From Blepharisma stoltei ATCC 30299 (lineage: Eukaryota > Protista > Ciliophora), in assembly GCA_965603825.1 (NCBI GenBank), contig CBFDEM010000028.1:186001-250000 (forward strand): a DNA stretch of 64,000 nt, written 5' to 3'. The number at the start of each line of letters is the position of its first letter. Position 1 is the stretch's first letter. The notes under the pieces are model-generated. The model searched no databases and had not been told where the DNA came from. It saw only the letters and a program-made list of their open reading frames with translations. The translations under genes and the position numbers were made by a program. This document shows, one piece after another, positions 37,192 through 48,508 of the stretch.

Positions 37192-37785
37192 TTAAAATGG
37201 TCTTGGTGGCAGATTAGGTGGGCGGCGTGGCTCTCCAGTGACTACATTAAACTCTGAGTTCATTTTTGAGTCCAAATTAAACATCCTCATCCCCGCCCTA
37301 TATCTAATCTGGTCATCTTGCTGCTTTAATCTTGATCCTTGTTCTGTGCTATCATATTCCAACGTAATCGGGTTATACGCTGCGCTTAAATTATTTTTCT
37401 GCCCAGCCTGCCATTTTGACTGTTTCTGATTGAGCATATCTTGGTATTTTTTATCTTCGTTTTCCATCGTTTCCCATCTTCCGACTTCTCTGTTAATCAC
37501 TTGCTCTCTCCTTTGATTTAGATTTTGCTGACGTGACTGGTATTCCATTTCTCTTCTTCGCTTGTCTTCAGCTGCAAAATCTGTGTCAAATCTTTCAGAT
37601 TCAGGCAGATATAAGCTGGAACTTGCAGCTGGTTTACTAATTCCTGGGTATTCTTCATAGTGGTGGAAGCCTCCACTTCTTTCTTTTAGCCGCATTCTTT
37701 CGATGGCTTCGCGGTCTCTCATGCCTTCTCGCTCTGCTCGAGTTCTGGGCTTGATGTTGTGGTATTCTCGAAATCCAGCTGACAT
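37192..37785 (-). CDS. Hypothetical charged protein with two [YF]N.[IV]T.E motifs
   Basis: Clean 197-aa ORF; YNPITLEY and FNVVTGE. Confidence 0.7.
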   Translation of the reverse strand: MSAGFREYHNIKPRTRAEREGMRDREAIERMRLKERSGGFHHYEEYPGISKPAASSSLYLPESERFDTDFAAEDKRRREMEYQSRQQNLNQRREQVINREVGRWETMENEDKKYQDMLNQKQSKWQAGQKNNLSAAYNPITLEYDSTEQGSRLKQQDDQIRYRAGMRMFNLDSKMNSEFNVVTGEPRRPPNLPPRPF

Positions 37786-37845
37786 TTAATAACTGATTTT
37801 AAATTATGGAATTGGATATGAAATCAAAATTAAAAATAATAGAAA

Positions 37846-39414
37846 TTATCACCCTGCATTATGATAAGGCGTCAGATGGATAAAATTTATGCTCTTTTTT
37901 CCTATTGGAGTTTTGGTTTTTCGCCTTGGAGTAACTGTTTTTTCTTTTAGCTTATTTACGGGGGTTATTGATCTTACCCTGATTTCTTTTCTTTCTTTTT
38001 TCGACTTATAAGCAGACTCTTTTGGAGGTGCAGGTCTTCGTGAAAGATATTTATTACTTGGTAAAGAATTTCGGGATTGGTAAACTCTTGGGACAGGTGA
38101 AGCTCTATGCACTTCAATTTCACTATGAAGTAAGTCGGTGGTTACAGCAGGAGTGTTATGGATCATCTCTAACCTTTCATCAATTGTTTTTTCAAGCCCT
38201 TCTTGCTCTTTTTCTATTTTGTGAGGAAATGGGCGGCTTTTAACTTTAGGCTCTTTAGGGGGTTCTGGCTTTATTTCTTGGCTGTTTTTGGATTTTTCTT
38301 CTTCGTCTTCTCTAAGAAGGTCAGAAAGTGATACGTCTTGCTGAGGAATTTTGCAAGAGTTTACTAAAGAGAACGCAATGTTTTCTCTGAAAGAAATAGG
38401 GATGTCAATGTCTTTGAATATTTCTTGCAAATCAACTTGAATTTCATTGTCCCCGACCTTATCAATTCTGTTTAAAATTTTTTTGTATACTCATTCTTCC
38501 ATTCCTCCTTGTTCATATAATTTTTTAAGTCTTTTTTTCCATTTAATTTTCGATTTTTTGGTATCAACTAAATTTATTTTTTCTTCAGCTATGCTATCAA
38601 TATTTTCAAAAGTAAAATACTCAGGCAAGGGAGCAGCCAGTGGTGTAGGAGGCCTCGAATAAACTTCAATTTTATTGAGTAAATCATAATACTGTCTATC
38701 AGCCTCCGCTACAACTTGGATCAAATCTTTTGCCAAGTTTTCTAATGTACCTACCAGCATCTGAATATGGGCATTTAATTTTTCATTTGCAACTTCTGAA
38801 GGCTCTGGATGAGAATCAGCCTCATTTTCTGCTTCTTGAGGAGGCTGAGATATCTCAATTGCTCCTGTCCCTTCATGTGAAGGCGCTATTGAGCTTCTAA
38901 GACTTGGGTTGTTATTTATCATTGGAAATTTGACTTGATCATTTAATACATTAGACGGTACAAGTGGTTTTAATATTTTTCGCAAATCCAAATCAAGCCC
39001 TTTCAGGTAATCTAAAAAGTTTCCTCTGCATCTGTCTCTGTATTCTTTCAAAATACTTCCTATTTGCTTTATTTGAGATTTTATAAGTTTTGACTCTTGG
39101 TTCAATGTGTGCTTTATAGAAATTGCTTCTTTTCTTATTAAGGTAGCGCTTTTTCAAATATTTGTGCAGTTTTTTTCGATTCTTTCAAAGTCTTCTAGAA
39201 TTGCGAAATAATCAGAATCTTGTTGGGAGAGATTGCTTGCGATTGTTGCAATTTCTTCAAAAGTTGATAAATCAATAGCGATTTTGCTTGGGAAGCCTGG
39301 AAGTGATTCGGGTTCTAAATTGTTTATTAAATTGAAAAGTGAAGTATGAGTGTTCGAGGTTTGAGTGTGGATAAGCCGAAGCTTGATAGTAAGATTTACA
39401 ATACTTCTTGTCAT
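37846..39414 (-). CDS. Hypothetical protein, ~522 aa (TGA 39154, 38491 and 37849 read as Trp)
   Basis: Three ORFs in one frame linked by TGA. The gene ends GGG TGA TAA. Confidence 0.7.
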
Positions 39415-39586
39415 TTAACTAATAATATGGAATTTTCAATTAAGGTGAAGCAATTTCAGTTAATTGACTTTTTAAATAATTGTAAAAAAGAAAGAAATAA
39501 ATATTTTACATAAAAATTGCTAGAGACTTATGGAAATTAATTGCATTATGAATGAAATTATTCCATTCTATTATTCAGAATATTTC

Positions 39587-42500
39587 TTAATTTCTTTTTG
39601 GCATAATCGACATTCGTCTTGCTTCTATATCTTGCATCATTTTATCAACTGATGAGTTTTGATTTGCATTTCTAATCGACACTCTTCTCCCATTATTTTC
39701 TTCTTTTTGCTGTCGTTTATTTTTAATTTCATCTGCAAGCGCTTTCGAATTAGCAGCTTTTGACGAGTTTTCTTGTTTTTGCTGCAACGCAGCCTGTCTT
39801 CTTGCTTCAATTCTTGCTTTTTTTTCTTGGTCTTCTTTGGCTTTAAAGTACTTATTTTTATTGGTTTCAAATGATGATATAAAATAATTAAATTTGTCAC
39901 AAAGCTCTTCAGGTTTCAAATCTTTAGCATTTATAACATAAAGATCACAAAGCTCAAGGAATTTTGTGTCTAATGCTTGAATTCTTGATTTTAATTGATT
40001 AACAGTTTCGCTTACTTCTTGGTAGAATTTTGATAATTTTTCACTTATTTTATCAGCAGCTCTCACACTTTGTGAATCTATCGCTTTTTTAACCAAATTG
40101 ACCTTCGCATTTACTTCATTTAAGTCAATAGCAAGCTGTGATAATGGGAATTTTGATACAAAATCAATATCAGAGAAATCCTGTATTAGCCCTAACAGCT
40201 CAGGCTTATTTTTTTCACAGAAAGTTATAATATAGTCTAAAAGTGTCGTTTTCCCATCTTGTCCTCTCATATCAACCACTTTAGCTAGCGAATCAATAGT
40301 AAACCCAAAAGCTCCACCTCTTGCACTAGTCCCATTTAAATAATTCCCACAAGCCAAAACAATTTCTAGTACCGCCTTTAATTTTTCACTACTTTTCAGC
40401 GCTGAATAAGTCCCTTCAATTTTTTCAACTTTTTTGGTTAATTCACCTATCAGCTCAGCATTGGTAAAAGTAAATATAATAGCTTCTACTCTGAACTTGA
40501 ATCCAGGGACATCTTTAAGTGCGTAGAAAAATCTATCTGAAGGTGCTAGTAAATCTAAATCTCCTTCATAGCTGGTAACTAGTTGCATTTCACTATCGTC
40601 TGGTAATGCACCTTTTAATGATGACCATGCACCTTCACTGACTGTTTGGGTATCAGCTGAAAGAAAAGCTTCAACTAATGCAGAATGGGAAAGTCTCAAT
40701 TTCCCCAAAATGAGTTCGACTGTTTGCCGCCTTTCTTTAGATAAATGGCTGATTTTTTCTATTTTTTTGACTTCTTCTTTTTTCTCTTCTTTTTGTTCGC
40801 CGTTGGCTTCTTTTTTCTCAGGTGCTTTTTTCTGAGCAAATAGGTCGACAAGTAAAGTTACGTCTAAGTTGACTTTTGAATCATCTGCGTTGTTCCAGAT
40901 GGATTTTTCAAGTTTTTGGACAGGGACAGGGGTCCAAAATAGAGATTTCATAGGCACTGCAGGGTTTATTTTCACTTTTTGTCGAAGGACTGTCATCATG
41001 GATGGCCCTGGAGGTGGAGGAGCAGTTCTCTGACCTGGGCCTGGAGGTGGTGGAGGAGCGCTATTTGACATTGGAGGAGGTGGCGGCGGAGGATTACCTC
41101 TTTGGCCAGGGATTGGAGGAGGTGGAGGAGCGCTATTTGACATTGGAGGAGGTGGTGGAGGAGGATTACCTCTTTGGCCAGGGATTGGAGGAGGTGGAGG
41201 AGCGCTATTTGACATTGGAGGAGGTGGCGGCGGAGGATTACCTCTTTGGCCAGGGATTGGAGGAGGTGGAGGAGCACTATTTGGCATTGGGGGAGGTGGA
41301 GGTGGAGGAGCTCTATTTGGCATTGGAGGTGGTGGAGGAGCATTATTTGGCATTGGCGGAGGTGGAGGTGTTCTATTTGGCATTGGAGGTGGCGGAGGCG
41401 CGTTATTTGGCATTGGTGGAGGTGGAGGTGGAGGAGCATTATTTGGCATTGGAGGAGGTGGCGGCGGAGGAGGAGTTCTATTTGGCATAGGAGGTGGTGG
41501 AGGAGCGCTATTTGGCATTGGCGGAGGTGGAGGCGGAGGCGGAGGAGTTCTATTTGGCATAGGAGGTGGTGGAGGAGCATTATTTGGCATAGGTGGAGGT
41601 GGCGGTGGAGGAGTCCTATTTGGCATAGGAGGTGGTGGAGGGGCGTTATTTGGCATTGGGGGAGGTGGAGGTGGAGGGGTTCTATTTGGCATTGGAGGTG
41701 GCGGAGGAGCATTATTTGGCATTGGCGGAGGTGGCGGTGGAGGAGTCCTATTTGGCATTAGCGGAGGTGGCGGTGGAGGAGTTCTATTTGGCATTGGAGG
41801 TGGTGGAGGAGCATTATTTGGCATTGGGGGAGGTGGAGGCGGAGGAGCTTTATTTGGCATTGCGGGAGGTGGAGGAGTTCTATTTGGCATTGGAGGCGGC
41901 GGAGGAGCATTATTTGGCATTGGAGGGGGCGGCGGAATATTACTATGTATTGGAGGAGGTACAGGTACATTATTTTGCGAATTTTGTTCCTGCCCTATAT
42001 TTTGTAGTTGACCATATAGCTCAGCCACTTTTCTTTCCAACTGCTCTTTATTTCTATTTTCAATTTCATTCAATTCCTCAAGCTTCTTTATGATTTCTCT
42101 TGACATTTCTAGTTCTTCATTCAATTTTACTTTTTCACTCTCCATTTTCACCAGCACTTGCTTAATATCAGTAAATTCTTTCACTTCTTCCCTATGCTTT
42201 CCTATATCAAGCGCCTGCAGCTGTTCTTCTAGCTCATATTTTTCTTTCCTAACCTTCTCAATTTCTTTATCCCTCGCTTCTAAATTCTGTTCAAGGTTTT
42301 CTAATTTTTTTAATTTCTCGACAATTTCTTTTTGATTTTCTTTTATTTCATCAAGCCTAAAGTCATTTGACAGTTCAAGATTTTCTCTAGAAGCCTCAGT
42401 AAGCTGTGCGACAATTTGTGATATTTTTTCCCATATTTTGTTGCCTAGAAGAGGTTCTGGTGGTATAAATGTTAATTTTTGAATCATTGATAGAAATGCT

Positions 42501-43867
42501 GAATATGATTGAGCTGATGCAGCATTTTTTTCAAGGATTTTTATCAGGGCTTTAACATCAACTTCTGGCTGGGTTCCTTCACTACAATTGTCTAGGAATA
42601 AGGCAATTTGTACTAGGAGTTCTTGGATTAATTCGCTGTCTTCTTCATTTTCGTCTGATGAGCTTTCGTCGCTACTTTGGATAGCAGGAAGTTGTGTGTC
42701 TCTATTGTTCTGGACAAAAACTTTTAATGCCTCATCTGCTTCTCTTATTATAGGTAAGCCTCCAATTTCGACTGTATTTTTTTTTCTGGAGTCTTGTAAA
42801 ATGCTACCTCTTGTTCTAGCTTCAATAATTTCATCAGGATCAAAAGTTACAAGGGCTGAGCCTCTTTTAATATCATTATTTTTTTTTCTGTGCTCATCTT
42901 TTTTTTCTTCCTTCTTGATTGCTTGTTTACGTTTTTTATCCAAATTGTGCTTAACTGCAGAAATTTCAGATGTCATGATTTCAGTCCCTATTTCACTTTG
43001 AAACTTTGTTAGTATATCTTTTATACCTAGCATTAATAGCTCAGATCTTATAGCTTGTCTTGTTGAAATTTCCAATGGACTTTCTACTAAAGTATTTATA
43101 AAATTCATTAAAACAAGTTTTGTTTTGGTGCTCGACTTGCCCAACTCGCTGATTAAAAATTGGAATCTATTTGGCATTTTTCTTTCCACTGCATGAATTT
43201 CTAATGCTTTCAGCACCATTTCATAGCCATGATTGCTTGCCCAACAAACGTCTGTCAGGACTTCAATAGTCAATGCGTTAAGTTTTTCGTCCTCACTTTG
43301 CATGTTCAAAGCTAATATTCCTACTGTGCTTTCTTCATAAATCAAATCATCAATACCATATGGGTTTTTTGCAATGATTTTCAGGCATTTTAATATTTCA
43401 TGCTGTCTTCTATAATCCTTTGTCCTTTGGGATATTTCTTCTGACACAATCAGGACATTTATAAGCTCTTCGTTTCCATCGCAATCGATAAATCGCTCTA
43501 TATCTTTTTTAGACGCATCTTTAAGCCAAATTTTTGCTTTTTTAATTCCTGCAGTCGTTGGGTTTCTTTTAATTTCTTCTATTATTTCTTCTGCTGGGAG
43601 GCTTGAATCAGACTGAGCACGAGAGGATTCCATATATTTGCAAAGGAGCTGCCATTTGATTTCGATGGGCTGATTCATGAGGAGAGCTTTTTGGTCTGAT
43701 GGCAGCTTTAGTTCATTCAGGCGTTGTTCGAACTCTTTTAGGATAAATGAGTTCTCTGGTGGAGGCTGAACAGGTTTTGGCTGTGAAAGTATCCTTGTCA
43801 TCTTACGATGGACGTCAACTATTTGATTTCTGGGATCTCCTTGGGTTTGGCCTTGCTTATTCCCCAT
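39587..43867 (-). CDS. Diaphanous-like formin (GBD/FH3, long FH1, FH2)
   Basis: N-terminal MGN (possible myristoylation), IKWQLL, NFINTLV..R..IRSEL, a polyproline FH1, and FH2 motifs MKSLFW, LACGNYLNG..RGGAFGF. Confidence 0.95.
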   Translation of the reverse strand: MGNKQGQTQGDPRNQIVDVHRKMTRILSQPKPVQPPPENSFILKEFEQRLNELKLPSDQKALLMNQPIEIKWQLLCKYMESSRAQSDSSLPAEEIIEEIKRNPTTAGIKKAKIWLKDASKKDIERFIDCDGNEELINVLIVSEEISQRTKDYRRQHEILKCLKIIAKNPYGIDDLIYEESTVGILALNMQSEDEKLNALTIEVLTDVCWASNHGYEMVLKALEIHAVERKMPNRFQFLISELGKSSTKTKLVLMNFINTLVESPLEISTRQAIRSELLMLGIKDILTKFQSEIGTEIMTSEISAVKHNLDKKRKQAIKKEEKKDEHRKKNNDIKRGSALVTFDPDEIIEARTRGSILQDSRKKNTVEIGGLPIIREADEALKVFVQNNRDTQLPAIQSSDESSSDENEEDSELIQELLVQIALFLDNCSEGTQPEVDVKALIKILEKNAASAQSYSAFLSMIQKLTFIPPEPLLGNKIWEKISQIVAQLTEASRENLELSNDFRLDEIKENQKEIVEKLKKLENLEQNLEARDKEIEKVRKEKYELEEQLQALDIGKHREEVKEFTDIKQVLVKMESEKVKLNEELEMSREIIKKLEELNEIENRNKEQLERKVAELYGQLQNIGQEQNSQNNVPVPPPIHSNIPPPPPMPNNAPPPPPMPNRTPPPPAMPNKAPPPPPPPMPNNAPPPPPMPNRTPPPPPPLMPNRTPPPPPPPMPNNAPPPPPMPNRTPPPPPPPMPNNAPPPPPMPNRTPPPPPPPMPNNAPPPPPMPNRTPPPPPPPPPMPNSAPPPPPMPNRTPPPPPPPPMPNNAPPPPPPPMPNNAPPPPPMPNRTPPPPPMPNNAPPPPPMPNRAPPPPPPPMPNSAPPPPPIPGQRGNPPPPPPPMSNSAPPPPPIPGQRGNPPPPPPPMSNSAPPPPPIPGQRGNPPPPPPPMSNSAPPPPPGPGQRTAPPPPGPSMMTVLRQKVKINPAVPMKSLFWTPVPVQKLEKSIWNNADDSKVNLDVTLLVDLFAQKKAPEKKEANGEQKEEKKEEVKKIEKISHLSKERRQTVELILGKLRLSHSALVEAFLSADTQTVSEGAWSSLKGALPDDSEMQLVTSYEGDLDLLAPSDRFFYALKDVPGFKFRVEAIIFTFTNAELIGELTKKVEKIEGTYSALKSSEKLKAVLEIVLACGNYLNGTSARGGAFGFTIDSLAKVVDMRGQDGKTTLLDYIITFCEKNKPELLGLIQDFSDIDFVSKFPLSQLAIDLNEVNAKVNLVKKAIDSQSVRAADKISEKLSKFYQEVSETVNQLKSRIQALDTKFLELCDLYVINAKDLKPEELCDKFNYFISSFETNKNKYFKAKEDQEKKARIEARRQAALQQKQENSSKAANSKALADEIKNKRQQKEENNGRRVSIRNANQNSSVDKMMQDIEARRMSIMPKRN
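41002..41962 (-). repeat. Coding minisatellite (formin FH1): ~28 polyproline tracts with MPN[NRSK][AT] spacers, plus three 72-nt IPGQRGN-P7-MSNSA-P5 units
   Basis: Visible on the + strand as repeated ...GGAGGTGG...TATTTGGCATT... units. The 72-nt period is seen at about 41056, 41128 and 41200. Confidence 0.95.
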
Positions 43868-44280
43868 TTTATGTACTGGACATTAGTAAGATTAGTAGAA
43901 TTCTAAAGAATGAAACCTAATAAACTGGAGTATAAATAAAACTTATTTTTATAATTAAACTTTCCCTTTTTGTCCAGATTCTATATACAATTATTATGGC
44001 GACACAAATTCAATATAATTCTTTATTTCATTTTAATAAATAGCGAATTAAGCTTTATAGAATATCTATTAATTAATTTTTCATAAATGGCATTGTATTT
44101 AACTTTTTTCTAATTTTTTCAACAAACGCTCTCTGCGGAAAAATTTCAATATTTTTATATTAGAAAAATTATAAATGTGGACTTAGGAATTTTTTTTCAT
44201 ATGTTTCCGCAGTAATTATTTTAAAAACACCATATTTTAAAAGTTGTTCACATATTTACAAGAATCATGAGCTTTCAATA

Positions 44281-44985
44281 ATGGAAACCATAATAAGTCG
44301 ACAAACAAGCGGATCCGATCCTATAGATGTAGTTGAGCTGATTCTTGATGATTGAAAAGGCAACTCCATATCAGAGCGCGACAAAATTTTAATCGAAGGT
44401 TTTGTTCATTTGGAATTTGTGTCATTTAATAATTGTGGGATTGAACATATTGACAATTTTCCTGACTTACCAAATCTTATCAAATTAGATCTTAGCAACA
44501 ATAAAATTTCAAGCGGCCTAATGAATCTCACTCATTTGAATGAACTAATGCAAATATCATTATCCGGTAACAAAATTAAAAGTTTTGATGAAATAAGCCA
44601 CCTATCAAGCCTAGAAAACTTGATTTGTATGGATATTGAAAGGTGCCCAATTGCTGATACTCCAGATTATACTCAAAAAATTTTCGATGCAATTCCTCAG
44701 CTGCAAATTTTGAATGAGAGAGATAGGCTGGGAAATAAGGTCAATATTTATTCAGATGAAGAGGAAGAAGAGAAACAAGAAAACGGAGGAAATGGAGAAA
44801 AGGGGCAGAGTGAGGAGGATGAAGGATCCGAAGAAGATGAAGAGGAAGATCAGGGTGACGTGGACTATGCAGAAGAATTAGGGGAGTTTAGCGATAGTGA
44901 GTTTTTTGACTTGACTGGATTTGAAAGTTTTCCGAAAAAAAGGAACAGAGAAGGAGAAGCCACCGATGAAGTGAAGAAAAGATAG
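44281..44985 (+). CDS. ANP32-like acidic leucine-rich nuclear phosphoprotein (1 TGA=Trp)
   Basis: ATG 44281: VVELILDD[W]..LEFVSFNNCGI..FPDLPNLIKLDLSNNKI..CPI..Y..KIF..PQL, acidic tail, and PKKRNRE/KKR NLS-like end. Confidence 0.88.
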
Positions 44986-45169
44986 AGATAACTGGTTAAT
45001 ATTTTTTCCTAACAAATTATGCGAATATAAGATATGAGCTTCTTTTACTGTTAAAATAAAATTTCTGAAAATTTGCTTTGCATCAGAATCCAATTGAATT
45101 CGTGTTTATTTTTAATCAAAATTTCAATAAAGAAAGACTATGACCATCTCCTAAATCGTCATATAAATA

Positions 45170-45709
45170 ATGCAAGATTATAAGATAATTAATGGAATCA
45201 GAGGCAGAAATTTCAAGAGATATCTACTTCAGCCATTAAAAACAAGATCAATCTCAAATTCTCACTTATTAGTCCGCAGCTCCTCTAAACTTATTATGTG
45301 CGACAATCCCGGATTTGAAGAAACTAATAATAACGATAATGAATCTCACTGTATAAAGGTAGTTATTAGAACGCCTACAGATTTTACTGTAAACTCTAGC
45401 TATAATGACTGGAGTTTTCAAGAAAATTCAATTAACAGTAGAAAGCATACAAGTAAAAGTTTCGATAAAGCTTGCCCAAGTATAGGCAGCGTTAGAAAAA
45501 ATAAGATTATTTCGGTATATAGCCAAAAATTCTTGCTGAAAAAGAATGAAATAAAATTGCCTCCAATTGAGCATGCATTTAGTATGCATGGCAAGAGAAA
45601 TAGCAAAAATCCATTAAAAGCAAATGTAGTTAATATGCAAGAGTTGTTTACTACAACAGTTTTGCATAAGCAAAAAAGAGTGCCTCGATTTAATGAACTG
45701 CTATTTTAA
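45170..45709 (+). CDS. Hypothetical protein
   Basis: 179-aa ATG-TAA ORF between AT-rich spacers; no motif recognised. Confidence 0.55.
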   Translation: MQDYKIINGIRGRNFKRYLLQPLKTRSISNSHLLVRSSSKLIMCDNPGFEETNNNDNESHCIKVVIRTPTDFTVNSSYNDWSFQENSINSRKHTSKSFDKACPSIGSVRKNKIISVYSQKFLLKKNEIKLPPIEHAFSMHGKRNSKNPLKANVVNMQELFTTTVLHKQKRVPRFNELLF

Positions 45710-46183
45710 TTAAAATTTAAACAATTTTCCTTAAAGTCTTTTATATTGTGAGACATTATAATAAAAATAGCTTTAAATAATGCAGTTGCTTGAAACAATT
45801 TTATAGGTTTTTTCCTAAAAGATATCTTCGCCTTTTGCAAATCGGATTTTTGAAGTAAGGAAATTTTGATTTTAAATTTTTATAAAAAATTGATAGGTGA
45901 TTAAGTGAGAGAAAACTCCGTATTATTATCCTGCTTATTTATCATATTAATCCATTTATAGAGTTAGTATAAAATGGTATTTACTCTCTCTTTATATTTT
46001 TTGATGCTCTATGTAAATAATTTTAAATGTTAATTAATAGCATTTATCTATTTCCTCTATAATTCAGAGCTTTTCTATTAAAAAATTTTAACTTCTTGCT
46101 ATAAATAATCTATGCAATTCTTTCTAAATCCATTGTCATCTTACAAATTCAGCATTTAAGATTTTAAAATTTATTAACAAAAG

Positions 46184-47332
46184 ATGGGAGGTTGCCTTAA
46201 ATGTTTTGGCAGTGATAGCAAAGAAGATCCCAAAAAAGAGCCCATCATTGACAAAGAAGATTCTAAAACTAACACCACAAGTGACTCAATCACCCAGAGA
46301 AAATCATCTGCAGCAGCTCCAGTGCAAATTACCCTTGAAGATTTCCAGATTGAAAAAGTCCTCGGAAAAGGTGCATTTGGAAAGGTGTTTTTAGTCACAA
46401 AAAAGGATAATGGGCAAGTTTATGCAATGAAGGCACTAAGAAAAGAAATGATTGAAAAGAGAAATCAAGTAGTTCATACAAAAACTGAGAGAGAAATTTT
46501 AGGCTCTATAGATTGTCCTTTTATCGTTCAGCTTCGGTTTGCGTTTCAGACGCCAGATAAGCTATATATGATTATGGACTTTATTAATGGTGGGGAATTA
46601 TTTTTCCATTTAAGAAGGTCTACAAGTTTCACTGAAGAAAGAGCCAAGTTTTATGCTGCTGAAATTTTGCTTGCTTTAGATTATTTGCACACCCAAGGAA
46701 TTATATATAGAGACTTAAAGCCTGAAAACATCCTTTTAGACGCTGAAGGACATGTAAAATTAACTGATTTCGGGCTCAGCAAACAATTTTTTGGAGCAGA
46801 AAATCAAAAAGCTTTCTCATTTTGTGGGACACCAGAATATCTTGCCCCAGAAATATTAAAAGGAACTGGTCACGACAAAGCAGTCGATTTCTGGAGCTTA
46901 GGAGCTTTAATTTATGAAATGCTTGCAGGAGCTCCTCCTTTCTACTCAAGAAACAGAGAACAAATGTTTAGAAATATGCTCTCCAAGCCTGTCGAAATGA
47001 AGCCTCATTTTTCACCAGCAGCTTGTGACATATTAAAATCGCTTTTGCAAGTCGATGTAATTTTTATTTAGCCAAGAAGAAGACTTTCAAACGCTAATGA
47101 AGTCAAAACTCACCAATTTTTTGAAGGTATTGATTGGGGGAAATTGTGGAAAAAAACTATTGAAGCACCATTTATACCAAAAGTGAAAGGACCTAGAGAT
47201 TTGCAGAACTTCGATAAAATGTTTACTGAAGAAAAGGCTGAAGAGTCGTTAATTGTTACTCATTTGAATGCTGAACAAAAAGCTGCGAACAGATATGATG
47301 GGTTTACTTATAAGGATCCATCTCATTTATAA
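46184..47332 (+). CDS. AGC kinase (PKB/SGK/S6K-like, no PH domain) with a predicted N-terminal acylation signal; 1 intron
   Basis: MGGCLKC, LGKGAFGKV, YRDLKPEN, DFG, SFCGTPEYLAPE. After splicing: LQVD|PRRRL..HQFF..IDW..APFIP..NFD..FT..YDGFTY (hydrophobic motif). Confidence 0.95.
47057..47071 (+). other. 15-nt intron GTAATTTTTATTTAG
   Basis: Phase 0. Removal restores kinase subdomain XI (DP..R). Confidence 0.92.
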
Positions 47333-47438
47333 AATAAACAATAATTGTCTGGCTATACTTTCTTATAACAAATAAACTGGGGCTGATATATCATATTAAT
47401 TAAATGCATTTTTGTAAGAAAGAATAGAAATAATTGTA

Positions 47439-47864
47439 TTAATGCTTATTTTTTGGACGGAATTTTGTCTTTTTGTGACCAAAATTGTTGTTCTTTTTCA
47501 AAAAATTTGGCTTCTTTATATAAAGTGTCCCGGATTTATATTTTCCAATCTCCGGACCTGTTGGCATCGGGTTTCTCTTTTCTTTTTTCTTTTTCTTCTT
47601 TTCTACAGGATTAAACCAATTGCTTTCTTTACTTAGCAGTGCATCATTTCTAGCATTTTCTTTCAATTCTTTTTCTTTTCTTAAAATTCCTTTATAAATG
47701 TTATAAGGAATTTTTGGATTTTTCTTTTGTTTTGCTCCTAATTTTTGAGCTTCTTTATCAAGAAATCTTTTTCTGAATTTAGAATCCATTCTTTCTGTGG
47801 CTAGTTTTCTTATATCATGGACTGCCTCTACGAAGTCATTCTTTTCCTTTTTCCTTTTAACCAT
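47439..47864 (-). CDS. C1orf131/Faf1-like (DUF4602) small-subunit processome factor
   Basis: Lys-rich protein with LGAKQKKNPKIPY and IGKYKSGTLYI motifs. Confidence 0.7.
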   Translation of the reverse strand: MVKRKKEKNDFVEAVHDIRKLATERMDSKFRKRFLDKEAQKLGAKQKKNPKIPYNIYKGILRKEKELKENARNDALLSKESNWFNPVEKKKKKKEKRNPMPTGPEIGKYKSGTLYIKKPNFLKKNNNFGHKKTKFRPKNKH

Positions 47865-47881
47865 TAAGAAATTATAATTGG

Positions 47882-48469
47882 CTAATTATTATTATGATTT
47901 TGATTTGATACCCTAAATCTGGCAACTGCAAAAATCCACACCACGAAATATATAAAAAATGCAAATACAGTAACAAGGAATAAGTAAAAATATAAAATGT
48001 TTCCTTTCGCAATGCATTTTCCAGATACAGGGCAATGGTGGTCAAGCCCTTCTACACATAAATCGCAGTCATCACAGTGCTCTGAATTTGATGTTTTTAC
48101 GACTTGGCATCTTTTGCAGAATGATGTGTCTTTTGATATTTTTCCTTGCTCTAAGGCTTCTTGATAATCTTGTAACACGAGCCCAGGGTTTTTTAAAGCT
48201 GTACAGGCATATGACAATAATCCTGTCGTGATGATAAAGAAGCCTGAATATTGCAGAGATGGGCCTACTTTTGGAGCCATAACAGTAAGGAATCCAATCA
48301 AAATAGCTAGTAATAAAATATACATACAAACATTGAAAGGCCAATCAGGTCCAATAGTAATTCAAATTTCATCATCCCAATAATAAATATAGCACTTTCC
48401 AAGTTTATACAGCCCATTTTTCTTCATGACAGCTATTTCACTTATTTCACTAGTTTCTATTTCCTCCAT
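47882..48469 (-). CDS. DHHC palmitoyl acyltransferase (1 TGA=Trp)
   Basis: IGPDWP, NPG, FCKRC..SEHCDDCDLCVEGLDHHCPVSGKCI..N..F. The frame extends upstream through one TGA to ATG 48469. Confidence 0.9.
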
Positions 48470-48508
48470 TTGGAATTATATATGAATAGATAATTTAATA
48501 CATTTTTA

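Noticed and set aside
41002-41962. The repeat array superficially resembles a CRISPR array or telomeric tract
   Set aside because: There are no unique spacers, unit lengths are multiples of 3, and it encodes FH1 in frame.
40996-42093. Alternative-frame and antisense ORFs with WHWRRW, LHHLQCQI or EEHYLAL repeats
   Set aside because: These are shadow frames of the stop-poor polyproline repeat in the formin, with no independent support.
44353-44355. TGA in the ANP32-like gene aligns near the Cys of animal LDNC, suggesting UGA=Cys (Euplotes code) or selenocysteine
   Set aside because: It is one variable site against at least eight invariant-Trp sites. No TGA occupies a catalytic or Zn-binding Cys, and the glutaredoxin, DHHC and PHD cysteines are ordinary Cys codons.
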